NCBI GenBank assembly: GCA_005791325.1
Contig: SXXA01000012.1
Location: 1-24,935 of the forward strand
DNA from: Actinomycetota bacterium
GTDB taxonomy: Bacteria; Margulisbacteria; Marinamargulisbacteria; SXXA01
Direction: 5' to 3'
DNA length: 24,935 nt
The notes beneath the pieces are model-generated. The model searched no databases. It was not told the origin of the DNA and saw only the letters and a program-made list of their open reading frames with translations. A program made the translations under genes and the position numbers. Shown here piece after piece: positions 16,329 to 24,935 of the stretch; position 1 is the first letter of the stretch, and each line of letters starts with the position of its first letter.

Positions 16329-17249
16329 TTATGTGGGATCCAAGGGGGCACCACCCCCGGCTATTTTTCGACTCGATTGGGTGGGCGGCATCCCATCTCC
16401 ATCCAATCCATCGGGGCACCGAATACTCAAGCGACACCCATTCCATACTAATCGATATTGGCAACATCGCAATCCAAACCCACCACTTGCCACCCCCCCA
16501 TACCAATCATCTCCAATAATTGGCCCCAATAAGAGTGTGGCATGATACCTAATTTGGTGCCGTCGCCCCGTAATCGGAACCGCCGCATAAATCGCGACCC
16601 CCTGCTGAATGGATCTTAAAAAAAACCACGTTTCAGCCCATCGCCCCGCCTCACTACTGACCGCGCGCCTCACAAAATCGATCTTTCCTCGAATACGCTT
16701 AAATCGAGGGGGCGTTTTTCCCTCACACGCAATTCGAACCTCATATAATTTGCGAATTTGATGATCCCTCATTAATGCAAATAAGGCTTTTTCCGCATCG
16801 GGGGTTTCACCAAACAATACCAACCCACTCACCAACAAATCCAACCGGGTAATCGCCGTAGGTTTAAACCCACCCTTGGCTTGATTTAAATAATTTCCCA
16901 CCGCATGGGTTAAATTATACCGATGACACGCACGATCCGGCACGGTCGATAACCCCGAAGGCTTAAACACCACTAGCAAACCGTCTTGCTGGTAACACAC
17001 CGATTCTGATGTCACCTGATAGTGCCAGCCCTGCGTCGGAGACTGGTATACCACCAAGGTACTTTTGGGCGGTATGATTGCATTGGCCTGACATTGCCTT
17101 TGCTGATTCAGCCATACCCCCCCCGACTCAATAAGGTCATCAACTGAAACACCACCCCGTTTATAATATCTTTTCAACACATCCCGCAAGGTCCCCCCCA
17201 ATGTTGTTGTAACCCAAATACGCTTCGCATTACCAAATAATGATGTCAT
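16329..17249 (-). CDS. RluA/RluD family pseudouridine synthase with N-terminal S4-like domain
   Basis: VVFKPSGL, catalytic ITRLD (HRLD variant), LVLFG, TGRRHQIR and PIIGDDWYG; S4-like LIESGGVWLN. Confidence 0.9.
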   Translation of the reverse strand: MTSLFGNAKRIWVTTTLGGTLRDVLKRYYKRGGVSVDDLIESGGVWLNQQRQCQANAIIPPKSTLVVYQSPTQGWHYQVTSESVCYQQDGLLVVFKPSGLSTVPDRACHRYNLTHAVGNYLNQAKGGFKPTAITRLDLLVSGLVLFGETPDAEKALFALMRDHQIRKLYEVRIACEGKTPPRFKRIRGKIDFVRRAVSSEAGRWAETWFFLRSIQQGVAIYAAVPITGRRHQIRYHATLLLGPIIGDDWYGGVASGGFGLRCCQYRLVWNGCRLSIRCPDGLDGDGMPPTQSSRKIAGGGAPLDPT

Positions 17250-17287
17250 ATTAAATTGCCCTATTTACAACTATTTTTTTCGATGAT

Positions 17288-17316
17288 ATTCTATCTTTCG
17301 TATTCACAAATATCTA
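17288..17316 (-). promoter_or_regulatory. Candidate sigma70 promoter for the pseudouridine synthase gene (possibly also 6S)
   Basis: TAGATA-N17-TAGAAT on the minus strand in an AT-rich intergenic region, about 38 nt upstream of ATG 17249. Confidence 0.4.
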
Positions 17317-17352
17317 TATTAAATTTACACTTTCTTATGTTATAGTGTCGTT

Positions 17353-17413
17353 AACAAATAAGGAAGCTCTCGGAGATCCCCCCCCTATCTGAGAGCTTCC
17401 TTATTTGTTTTTT
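17353..17413. terminator. Perfect 19-bp inverted repeat, probable (bidirectional) intrinsic terminator overlapping the secretin 3' end
   Basis: AACAAATAAGGAAGCTCTC (17353-17371) is the exact reverse complement of 17391-17409. The loop contains C8 and the stem is followed by a T6 run at 17408-17413. Confidence 0.7.
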
Positions 17414-18395
17414 GGTTGATCCTTGGTGTAATGGCAATTAATACATCCGTTGTTACCGTATTCATGCGCTGAGATTTCATTAAATCCCCCACAATAGGCA
17501 AGTCCGATATCCAAGGAATGCCACCCTGATTTCCTTGGGTTTGCTGGTCTAAAAATCCGGCAATCACCAACGAAAAGCCAAGGGGAACCACAACTTCATT
17601 CTGAATCATGCGGCTACTTACCACTGGGTATAATTCACCCGATAATTCCCGAAACAGTTTAATATGATTTAATTGAACCAATGTATCTAACCCAACCCCA
17701 CCCTCTCCTAACCATGGCGTCACCTCTATTTCAACCCCCGTTTCTGCATGGCCCACTTGGGTGGTAGCGGTTGTATTGGTAACCACTGTGGTTAAATAGG
17801 GAACCCTATCCCCCATTTTAAATCGAGCCTTTCGATTTTCGATGGTTGTTAAACGTGGTTGAGACCACACTTTGGTGGTCGCCTGTGTACGAACAAATGA
17901 TAATAATCCCTGTAATTCTTGGGTTGGAATAACGGATAATGGATTTAAATTTGGTTTGAATACAATCGGATCCGATAATTGCAAAATCCAAGCCTGACGA
18001 ATATCGGTATATGAGCCCGCGACCTCGATAATACTGACCTCAATATCAATTTGAGGGCGTTCTGTATCCAATTTCTTCATTAACCGCCATGCCAACGAAT
18101 AGTCGGGGTCCTCACCCGACAAGGCCAACGAACGGGATCGAACTTCAATTCCTACCAATACGTTGGGAAATAATTCCTGTATCAATGACTTCATTTCAGT
18201 TGGCGTTGAAAATCGGGGTCGATAAATCCCTAGTTTGGTTGCTACAGGGGCTGGCGGATTGGGTTCCTCACTAGATGGTGGCGGGGTACTCAATTCAGTA
18301 CGAATGGCTTTCAGTCGGTTGATATCAAATGGATTACACCAGCCCAACAGGGGGTATATCATTAAAAAGAAGATCATCCACTGACTCCGGCGCAT
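17385..18395 (-). CDS. Short secretin (GspD/PilQ-like, type II/III secretion family)
   Basis: One N3-like domain (...LMKKLDTERPQIDIEVSIIEV), SQPRLTTIENRKARFKMGDRVPY, GVEIEVTP, SLVIAGFL, GIPWISDLPIVGDLMKS and VLIAITPRI. Confidence 0.9.
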   Translation of the reverse strand: MRRSQWMIFFLMIYPLLGWCNPFDINRLKAIRTELSTPPPSSEEPNPPAPVATKLGIYRPRFSTPTEMKSLIQELFPNVLVGIEVRSRSLALSGEDPDYSLAWRLMKKLDTERPQIDIEVSIIEVAGSYTDIRQAWILQLSDPIVFKPNLNPLSVIPTQELQGLLSFVRTQATTKVWSQPRLTTIENRKARFKMGDRVPYLTTVVTNTTATTQVGHAETGVEIEVTPWLGEGGVGLDTLVQLNHIKLFRELSGELYPVVSSRMIQNEVVVPLGFSLVIAGFLDQQTQGNQGGIPWISDLPIVGDLMKSQRMNTVTTDVLIAITPRINQKTNKEALR

Positions 18396-18703
18396 TATGG
18401 CTTCATCCGAATGGTGGTGTGATAACCCGATTCAGTGGCTTGTGTTTCCAGCGATGCAATCCCAGATTGATTTTGTGCCACCCATTTCCAAATGGCCCAT
18501 GGTGAGTCTGTTTCATTAACCCATACGCCTTGATCCGTAAACCGCCCATCGGGAAAGGCTGTTTTTAATTGCGACTGAACAGGATACGCCCTTATGCGAT
18601 AACGCCCCCAGATAATAGCCGAACCCGCCATCCCCATCATGACCAATACCCCCGCCCCCCATAGAATGGCCTCCCGTTTTAAATCATAGGGGTTGTTGTT
18701 CAT
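18395..18703 (-). CDS. Hypothetical bitopic membrane protein, GspM/PilO-like
   Basis: One TM helix near the N-terminus, then a short domain with IWKWVAQNQSGIASLE resembling the GspM ferredoxin-like pattern; TAATG overlap with the secretin start. Confidence 0.55.
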   Translation of the reverse strand: MNNNPYDLKREAILWGAGVLVMMGMAGSAIIWGRYRIRAYPVQSQLKTAFPDGRFTDQGVWVNETDSPWAIWKWVAQNQSGIASLETQATESGYHTTIRMKP

Positions 18704-19304
18704 GAACCAGTCCCCCCTGCCACGATTGGTTTAACTCAACCCATTCCGTTTGCTCATCGAACGAGGGTCGTTGCACGCCGATTGGCAAAATAATGGAAGC
18801 TATTTGATGCCCCTGATTGGCGGACATGGATACCATCACCCCCCCCAATGCATCAACTTCAGATACCACCCCCATCATCCAATTCAATGACATCCCCTGA
18901 ACCACGGGATGACGTATCGGAGACGATCGTAACTGCCAGCCCCAAGCCACCACCACAACCAACATTCCCACCCACCAAATACCCCACCGAAGTTGACGTA
19001 AGCGGTGCCACGGGTACTGCCCATCAATGAACCAAGCCGTTACCCTCACGTTGGACTGGCGAATCCAATCCAACAATGGATATAACCGAACAGGATCCAC
19101 CCGCCAACTACCCAACCAAGCCATCCCCCATAGAAAATGGGGCGATTCCATCATGTTGGATTCACAATTCATTATCACTCGTTGACCCTGCAATTGGGCT
19201 TCCAACTCCCCCCTCCTAGTAGGATCCACCCAGAATTCTCCCCATCCACAAGAAAACCCCAATTCCAAACAAATAATATGTGATTCATTAATGGTAACAA
19301 TCAT
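18684..19304 (-). CDS. Hypothetical bitopic membrane protein, GspL/PilN-like
   Basis: Cytoplasmic N-region, central TM (GIWWVGMLVVVVAWGW) and short periplasmic region; first gene of the cluster, directly behind a strong promoter. Confidence 0.5.
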   Translation of the reverse strand: MIVTINESHIICLELGFSCGWGEFWVDPTRRGELEAQLQGQRVIMNCESNMMESPHFLWGMAWLGSWRVDPVRLYPLLDWIRQSNVRVTAWFIDGQYPWHRLRQLRWGIWWVGMLVVVVAWGWQLRSSPIRHPVVQGMSLNWMMGVVSEVDALGGVMVSMSANQGHQIASIILPIGVQRPSFDEQTEWVELNQSWQGGLVHEQQPL

Positions 19305-19312
19305 TCGTCACT

Positions 19313-19341
19313 ATTTTACAAAATAAAAAATAATATGACAA
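19313..19341 (-). promoter_or_regulatory. Near-consensus sigma70 promoter of the secretin cluster
   Basis: TTGTCA (19341-19336), N17, TAAAAT (19318-19313); the ATG follows 8 nt later. Confidence 0.65.
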
Positions 19342-19392
19342 GACTTATATTTTAAAAATTATTTTTTATGACATTGTCGGGCATCCCAGTCC

Positions 19393-20223
19393 TTATTTTA
19401 GTTGAATGGGTCCCCCTTCTAAGCTAATTCTCCCCCACTGCCCGCTTTGAAAAGCCCCTATTAAGGCCCGACACGACCGTTCCCAATCCAAGACTCCACC
19501 ACGCAATAAAAATCCTCGTTTATGGGCATATTCCGATACAATTTCCGATACCTCGCCGTTCGCTTGAATCCCCAACCCGTTTTTTAAGGCATCCGGATAA
19601 TGTTGTTTAACATAATCAAGCAACCAAACCGTCATTTGCTCAAAATCAAGTAAATCTGGCTTAATGGCACCTGCAATGGCCAATTTAATCCCCACATCAG
19701 GCGGATCCAATTTGGGCCACAAAACCCCCGGACTATCCACCATCATTAATTGATCTGTGACCTTAATCCACATCAATCCCCGTGTGACACCGGGTAAGTT
19801 GGCCACTTTGGCCACTGAACGGCCTTTAAATTGGTTAATTAATTGCGATTTCCCCACATTCGGTATCCCCACCACCAATGCATGGGGGGCCAATTGGTGA
19901 CGTTTGGCAAGTCGCTGAATGGCTGTTTGACAGGCCAACACAACCCGCTTTCGAGCCCCTTTCTCGGTGGCCACACATGAAATGGGTATCATTTGGGGAG
20001 GGATGGACTGCTGAAAATGGGTTAACGCCACTGGGTCTGCCAAATCATATTTATTCAATACCAACACATGCTGTTTGCCCCTCACCCACTCTTGAACCAG
20101 CGGATTGGCGGAGGCATACGGGATACGGGCATCTCGAACTTCAATCACAATATCAATGTGCTTTAAAATAGCCGCTACTTCCCGATTGGCCTTGGTCATA
20201 TGCCCCGGAAACCATTGAATCAT
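19393..20223 (-). CDS. rbgA: Ribosome biogenesis GTPase RbgA/YlqF
   Basis: MIQWFPGHM, EVRDARIP, LNKYD, VGIPNVGKS, PGVTRG and DSPGVLWPK. Start at ATG 20223 by ATGA overlap. Confidence 0.96.
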   Translation of the reverse strand: MIQWFPGHMTKANREVAAILKHIDIVIEVRDARIPYASANPLVQEWVRGKQHVLVLNKYDLADPVALTHFQQSIPPQMIPISCVATEKGARKRVVLACQTAIQRLAKRHQLAPHALVVGIPNVGKSQLINQFKGRSVAKVANLPGVTRGLMWIKVTDQLMMVDSPGVLWPKLDPPDVGIKLAIAGAIKPDLLDFEQMTVWLLDYVKQHYPDALKNGLGIQANGEVSEIVSEYAHKRGFLLRGGVLDWERSCRALIGAFQSGQWGRISLEGGPIQLK

Positions 20224-20927
20224 GACCAAATCCAAGGCTTGCTTTTAACAGATTTTGTGGGTGATGAGGGGGATTGGGTGGGTGAAATCCACTGCTGGGC
20301 CGGACAATGTAAGGCACGTTCTAAACCCATCTGAATCGACTTAGGGCCCTCGCGTTGAATGGTGGCTAAGGGGTCTGAATCCAAAAATCGGCTCCAAAAG
20401 ACCAAGCGCGCCGAAAACCCATCAAAGCGTTGTTTCACTTGTAATCGATACCGTTGCATCAATTTGGTTAAAATCGTGGCTTCTGGTCCCAACCACTCCA
20501 ATAATTGTCGCTTGAGTCGTTTGGCCAATAATGGGCTCACCCCCGAGGTGGAAATGGCAATGGTTAATGGGCCCCGTCGCACCAATGCCGGAATAATAAA
20601 GTGACAATACGCCGGATCATCCACGGTATTGCATAAAATACGTTTGCGACGACAAATTGCCGATACGCGCTGGTTTAATGCCGATTCGCCGGTTGCCGCA
20701 AAAATCAAGGCATATCGGGTGGATAAATCCCATCGTCGAAATGGGCGTTCAATGAGGGTAACCCGTCGGTTAAAACGTCGAATGGATGGTAAAATATCCG
20801 GTGATATCACCGTAATTTTAGCACCCGCTTTTAACAAATTCTCAATTTTTTCTAATGCAATCGCACCCCCGCCAATCACCAACACCGGTCGATGGCGAAT
20901 ATCTAAAAAAATGGGGTAATACCGCAT
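20220..20927 (-). CDS. Precorrin-2 dehydrogenase / sirohydrochlorin ferrochelatase (SirC/Met8, CysG N-terminal-like)
   Basis: YPIFLD...VLVIGGGAIALEKI, FAATG, CNTVDDP..CHFIIPA and AISTSGVSP; there is no C-terminal methyltransferase domain. Confidence 0.9.
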   Translation of the reverse strand: MRYYPIFLDIRHRPVLVIGGGAIALEKIENLLKAGAKITVISPDILPSIRRFNRRVTLIERPFRRWDLSTRYALIFAATGESALNQRVSAICRRKRILCNTVDDPAYCHFIIPALVRRGPLTIAISTSGVSPLLAKRLKRQLLEWLGPEATILTKLMQRYRLQVKQRFDGFSARLVFWSRFLDSDPLATIQREGPKSIQMGLERALHCPAQQWISPTQSPSSPTKSVKSKPWIWS

Positions 20928-22541
20928 CTAAGCCAACCAATTGGCAATCGTCTGAGCCGTTGGATCCTCGGTCACCAGCTGATCATACGGTGATAGGGCG
21001 TCTGCAATAACCCCCACATACTCCGGACGGGTTACCACCATTACCACTAAGCCAGCGGTTAACAACGCATTGGCCACAGTCACCACCGACGGCAAGGCAA
21101 ACGGAGACAACCCTTCCAATCGCATTGGGAACAGTCCCAATTCAAATAATTCCTGCTCAAGGTGATGCCCCACCCCACCCGATCCGGTCACCAATACCAC
21201 GCCGGCCCGATGCCCCAAGCGGGTATGTCTTAATCCGGGGTCAATCGCCGACTGAACATCCATTTCCAGTTCAATGGGTGGTAAATGGGGATGATCATCT
21301 TTGGCGATAAACAACCCTCCACCGGCAATATCATACTCATCAACAATCACAAAACGACTCATAATGGGGTGATCGGCCACCAAATCAACCGCAATGGGCT
21401 TCAACGTCTCGATGACAATTTCACCCACCTCATGGCGGGCCACCTCATTGACGGAATCGGTACTGGTTAACTCAGCTGAATTTAACACGCTTTTAACATG
21501 GGTTACCACCATGGGGACCTTGCATGTTCCTGTTTTTAATTTGTAACGACGGCCCACCCGCAACGGTTGTTTGCCAAGCCAAAATACATTGGCTCTAAAA
21601 CACGATCCAACAGCAGGTTCAACCTCCCCAATCCGACTAATCACATCCCCCGGTTTAATAAATAATTGGGTGTTTAACGTAAACCCCGTTGCACGATCGG
21701 GACCAACCGTGGTGCTGCTGGGCACATTAAATCCTTCAATGCGATGAATCGTTGATTTTTTCTTGGATGGGTACACCACAATCTCATCACCCTGATGTAA
21801 TTCACCCGATACCATGGTGCCCGCAATAATACGACGATCATCTTGATGTTGGGTAAATTTATAAACATCCTGAACCGGAAACCGAACCGGTAAATGAGAC
21901 AACGGCTTTTCCTTATGAAACGCATCCATCACGGATAAAACATCCATCCCCTTGTACCAAGGCATGGCATCGGAAGGCCCAATTAAATGGTCTCCCTGTC
22001 GGGCGGAAATGGGTACCCAAGCCGCAGGCTTGACCCCGATTGATTGTAAAAACTGGGCATATTCCAATTTAATGGCTTCAAAAACCGATTGATCATAACC
22101 CACCAAATCCATTTTATTAATTAATACCGCCACTTGCTTAATTCCCAATAAAGACAACATCAGGCCATGTCGCTTTGAATTTTCTTTAATTCCCTCTTGA
22201 GCCGAAATCAACAAAATGGCTGCTTCAGCACGAGCCGCACCCGATATCATGTTTTTTAAAAATTCAATATGGCCAGGCGCATCAATAATAATATAATGAC
22301 GCTTGGAAGATTTAAAAAAACAACGGGCCGAATCGATGGTAACCCCTTGGGCTTGTTCTTCCTTTAAAGCATCCAATAAAAACGCATATTCAAATGGCCG
22401 AGAATGGGTGGCACACCACGCTTGAACCGACTCCAGTTTACCGTCTGGCAACGCCCCACTATCCGCCAACAACCGCCCCGTAAACGTGCTTTTACCATGA
22501 TCAACATGCCCCACAATTACCACATTCATTCGTTCTACCAT
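20928..22541 (-). CDS. cysN: Sulfate adenylyltransferase subunit 1 (GTPase) with a degenerate C-terminal APS-kinase-like remnant
   Basis: [55 protein letters not shown] and RFPVQDVY. Start at ATG 22541. Confidence 0.93.
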   Translation of the reverse strand: MVERMNVVIVGHVDHGKSTFTGRLLADSGALPDGKLESVQAWCATHSRPFEYAFLLDALKEEQAQGVTIDSARCFFKSSKRHYIIIDAPGHIEFLKNMISGAARAEAAILLISAQEGIKENSKRHGLMLSLLGIKQVAVLINKMDLVGYDQSVFEAIKLEYAQFLQSIGVKPAAWVPISARQGDHLIGPSDAMPWYKGMDVLSVMDAFHKEKPLSHLPVRFPVQDVYKFTQHQDDRRIIAGTMVSGELHQGDEIVVYPSKKKSTIHRIEGFNVPSSTTVGPDRATGFTLNTQLFIKPGDVISRIGEVEPAVGSCFRANVFWLGKQPLRVGRRYKLKTGTCKVPMVVTHVKSVLNSAELTSTDSVNEVARHEVGEIVIETLKPIAVDLVADHPIMSRFVIVDEYDIAGGGLFIAKDDHPHLPPIELEMDVQSAIDPGLRHTRLGHRAGVVLVTGSGGVGHHLEQELFELGLFPMRLEGLSPFALPSVVTVANALLTAGLVVMVVTRPEYVGVIADALSPYDQLVTEDPTAQTIANWLA

Positions 22542-22545
22542 GGGG

Positions 22546-23427
22546 TTACATATACCCCTCACGTCGCAGGGTTTCCAATCCCCCATCTTCTTTGTCTTGG
22601 GCCCGACCCGATCGCTCGGCGATGGTTGAGAACTTACCACTTCTTAGCTCGGTCACAATGTCATCCACCGTCATGGCGCTTGATTCTACCGATTGGGTGC
22701 ATGGGTAACACCCCAATGAACGATACCGTTGTGAGGTTCCGGGCTTGGCAAAATACAAATCAATAATGGGGATGGACTCTCGTTGAATGTATTCCCAAAT
22801 ATTGAGTTCGGTCCAATCGAGTAGGGGATGAATTCGGACATGGGTACCGGGTTTAAAATCAGTTTTGTACTGATTCCAAAACTCAGGTGGCTGATCGGCA
22901 ATATCCCAATCGTGATGTTGACCACGGGGAGAAAAAGTGCGTTCTTTTGATCGAGACCCTTCTTCATCGGCCCTAGCCCCCACAATCACCCCCGTAAATG
23001 GGGTGGGATTGGGATCGGGAATCAAGGTTTGGGTGGTGTGATCGAGGATCCAACGGGGCCAAGAGGCATCCAACGTACCATTTAACGCATTGGTTTTAAG
23101 GGCTTTGCAACAAGATATTCGATCTGTAGCCCCATCCGGAAAGGTCTGTTTGGTGGCCAACGCCTCCTGATTTTGACCCACCACCAATTGCAACCCCCAT
23201 TCCAGCGCCATTTGATTACGATATGCAATCATAGCGGGTATTTTATAAGCTGTATCAATATGAACCAACGGAAATGGCACATGCCCAAAAAAAGCTTTTC
23301 GTGCCAACCACAACAATACCGTACTATCTTTACCAATCGACCATAACATCGCCAGTTGTTTAAACTCGCGATAGGCCTCACGAAATACGGCCACGCTCTG
23401 TGATTCCAAACGGTCTAGTTGATCCAT
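22546..23427 (-). CDS. cysD: Sulfate adenylyltransferase subunit 2
   Basis: [50 protein letters not shown] and YRSLGC.PCT. Start is placed at ATG 23427 (23445 is possible). Confidence 0.95.
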   Translation of the reverse strand: MDQLDRLESQSVAVFREAYREFKQLAMLWSIGKDSTVLLWLARKAFFGHVPFPLVHIDTAYKIPAMIAYRNQMALEWGLQLVVGQNQEALATKQTFPDGATDRISCCKALKTNALNGTLDASWPRWILDHTTQTLIPDPNPTPFTGVIVGARADEEGSRSKERTFSPRGQHHDWDIADQPPEFWNQYKTDFKPGTHVRIHPLLDWTELNIWEYIQRESIPIIDLYFAKPGTSQRYRSLGCYPCTQSVESSAMTVDDIVTELRSGKFSTIAERSGRAQDKEDGGLETLRREGYM

Positions 23428-23433
23428 AGGTTT

Positions 23434-23463
23434 AGTATATATCATAGTTCTTGAAGATATAAA
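23434..23463 (-). promoter_or_regulatory. Candidate sigma70 promoter of the cysD operon
   Basis: TTTATA-N18-TATACT on the minus strand; the -10 ends 6 nt before ATG 23427. Confidence 0.4.
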
Positions 23464-23654
23464 AGAGGCCATCAAGGAATGATTTCGGTGTCACAGATTG
23501 GCTGGATAAACGCATCTGGCTAGAAAATGCCCTGTGGGTAGTATCGGTATAAATTAAATAATGGTTGCATGTGGCATGGCACCTCGCTATCATGCCATTG
23601 GGCATTCTATACATGGATGGAAGGATCAATAGGGTTTTGCAGCAGAATGGATAG

Positions 23655-24542
23655 ATGGAGTACGGTTTGAAGCGTTTTTTATTGGATTTGATTGAATTGA
23701 CCAAGCCGAGAATTGTAATGATGCAATTGGTAACCTTATATATGGGTGTGCTGGCTGTATCGGAATTGGCTCCCATTCGTTGGGGCACCATGATTGGGTT
23801 GGGAATGGGGACGTTGGCATCCTCGGCAGGGGCATCGGTATTTAACCACTTTTTTGAAAGGTATATTGATGCCAAAATGCATCGAACGCAAAATCGGCCC
23901 TTGCCCACAGGGCGGATACCGGCCGAATTGGCAGGATCGTTGGGGTTTACACTGGTGGGATTGGGGCTCTTGATTTTATGGCAAACCACCAATCCAACCG
24001 TAATGTTTTTGTCATTGATTACGGTGTTTTTATACAATTTGGTATATACCCCACTCAAGCAATGGACGTGGCTCAACACCTATGTGGGCACCATACCAGG
24101 CGCCATTCCACCATTGGCGGGGTCCGTGGCCGTTATTGGGTATATTTCCCCCGTTTCGTGGTCTTTATTTTGGATTTTGGTTATTTGGCAACTCCCCCAC
24201 TTTTTTTCAATCGCTTGGATTTTGAAAGACGATTATGCCAGGGCGGGGATTAAAATGTTATCAGGACATGATGAGCATGGGGATGCCACCTATCAACAAA
24301 TGGTTTGGTTTAGCATCGCCCTTATTGGCATTGCGTTAATCCCCATTTATTTGGGTGTATTTGGGTGGGTATATGGCCTCATTTCGATTTTGGGTGGGGG
24401 GTGGCAAAGTTGGAAGTGCTATCAATTTAAAACACACAGGGGGGCCGACACCGCCAAAGCAATCATGCGTGCCTCGATTCTGTATTTACCGCTGTTGTTA
24501 ATGGGAATGATGCTCGATCGATTAATGGGTTTATTCTATTAA
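23655..24542 (+). CDS. ctaB: Protoheme IX farnesyltransferase (heme O synthase)
   Basis: ELTKPRIV, FNHFFERYIDAKMHRTQNRPLPTGRI, YTPLKQ, GTIPGAIPP, WQLPHF and DDYARAG. Confidence 0.96.
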   Translation: MEYGLKRFLLDLIELTKPRIVMMQLVTLYMGVLAVSELAPIRWGTMIGLGMGTLASSAGASVFNHFFERYIDAKMHRTQNRPLPTGRIPAELAGSLGFTLVGLGLLILWQTTNPTVMFLSLITVFLYNLVYTPLKQWTWLNTYVGTIPGAIPPLAGSVAVIGYISPVSWSLFWILVIWQLPHFFSIAWILKDDYARAGIKMLSGHDEHGDATYQQMVWFSIALIGIALIPIYLGVFGWVYGLISILGGGWQSWKCYQFKTHRGADTAKAIMRASILYLPLLLMGMMLDRLMGLFY

Positions 24543-24868
24543 CATTCAACTTTTTGATACTTAACGAACAAGTCTGAATCCCTCAACTCTTCACCAAGCC
24601 CCCATTGATCCCAATCAACTGATCCTTTATTCTGAGATAAAGTATTCTGAATTTCCCTATATTTCTTTACCGCAGCCGCATATTTACCTCGCAACTCAAC
24701 AAGGCGAATTAATTGATTGCTTTCTTCTTTTAGATTTTCTATGTTCTGTATAAATCTATCCATCAATAGTGGGGTTTTTGTAGTGTTGCCTATGTCTTGC
24801 AGTTCCTTCGTGTATGCATCAATAAGTATTTTATGGCAACGGGGGGGGGATAGACGGTGAAACCACAC
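24539..24868 (-). CDS. Hypothetical protein, AT-rich and helical
   Basis: 109-codon ORF with a GTG start and no SD. Its stop shares a TTAA with the convergent ctaB stop. No family recognised; the start is uncertain. Confidence 0.4.
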   Translation of the reverse strand: MWFHRLSPPRCHKILIDAYTKELQDIGNTTKTPLLMDRFIQNIENLKEESNQLIRLVELRGKYAAAVKKYREIQNTLSQNKGSVDWDQWGLGEELRDSDLFVKYQKVEC

Positions 24869-24935
24869 AGAGCTTGGGGAAAACTAGTAATTTTTATAAA
24901 TAGCCGAATCTAAATTTTTTGTCATGTGATCCAAC

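Noticed and set aside
23432-24079. 215-aa minus-strand ORF and other antisense or shadow ORFs (e.g. 9735..10259, 14194..14541, 3694..3951)
   Set aside because: They lie antisense to well-supported genes and show no recognisable motifs.
24884-24935. 3' end of a minus-strand gene entering from the right edge (…LDHMTKNLDSAIYKNY-stop)
   Set aside because: Only 16 codons are visible, too little to support a feature call.
1-24935. CRISPR arrays, IS elements, prophage genes, tRNA or rRNA
   Set aside because: I saw no regularly spaced repeats, transposase/integrase motifs or cloverleaf/rRNA signatures when reading both strands.

Overview
This is a gene-dense bacterial chromosome segment of about 25 CDS, most joined by ATGA/TAATG overlaps. 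I saw no transposase, integrase, CRISPR array, tRNA or rRNA. From left to right: (+) hemJ 3' end, thiE, cmoA-like, Sfp-type PPTase, aroK and an S8 protease; (-) pdxH, Gfo/Idh/MocA oxidoreductase, tsaB, a beta-barrel OMP and a class III aminotransferase split by a 1-nt frameshift in a G6 run; (+) a 46-aa small ORF missing from the ORF track; (-) a KaiC/RAD55-like ATPase followed by a receiver-domain/KaiC-like ATPase fusion; (+) a putative lipoprotein, ResB/CcsB, CcsA (System II cytochrome c maturation) and an M20 dipeptidase; (-) a probable 6S RNA and an RluA-family synthase; (-) a minimal GspL/GspM-like/secretin cluster; (-) cysD, cysN, sirC-like and rbgA; (+) heme O synthase; (-) an AT-rich orphan ORF. 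The gene mix suggests a non-photosynthetic, respiring relative of Cyanobacteria such as Margulisbacteria, but that is inference only. The best candidate for an undescribed system is the two-gene KaiC-like module. One ATPase carries the KaiC CI-type 'EEF' signature and an arginine finger. The other is fused to a phosphorylatable REC domain, has T-Y at the KaiC CII phosphosite positions and lacks the arginine finger. All family assignments come from motif recognition by eye; no database searches were run.
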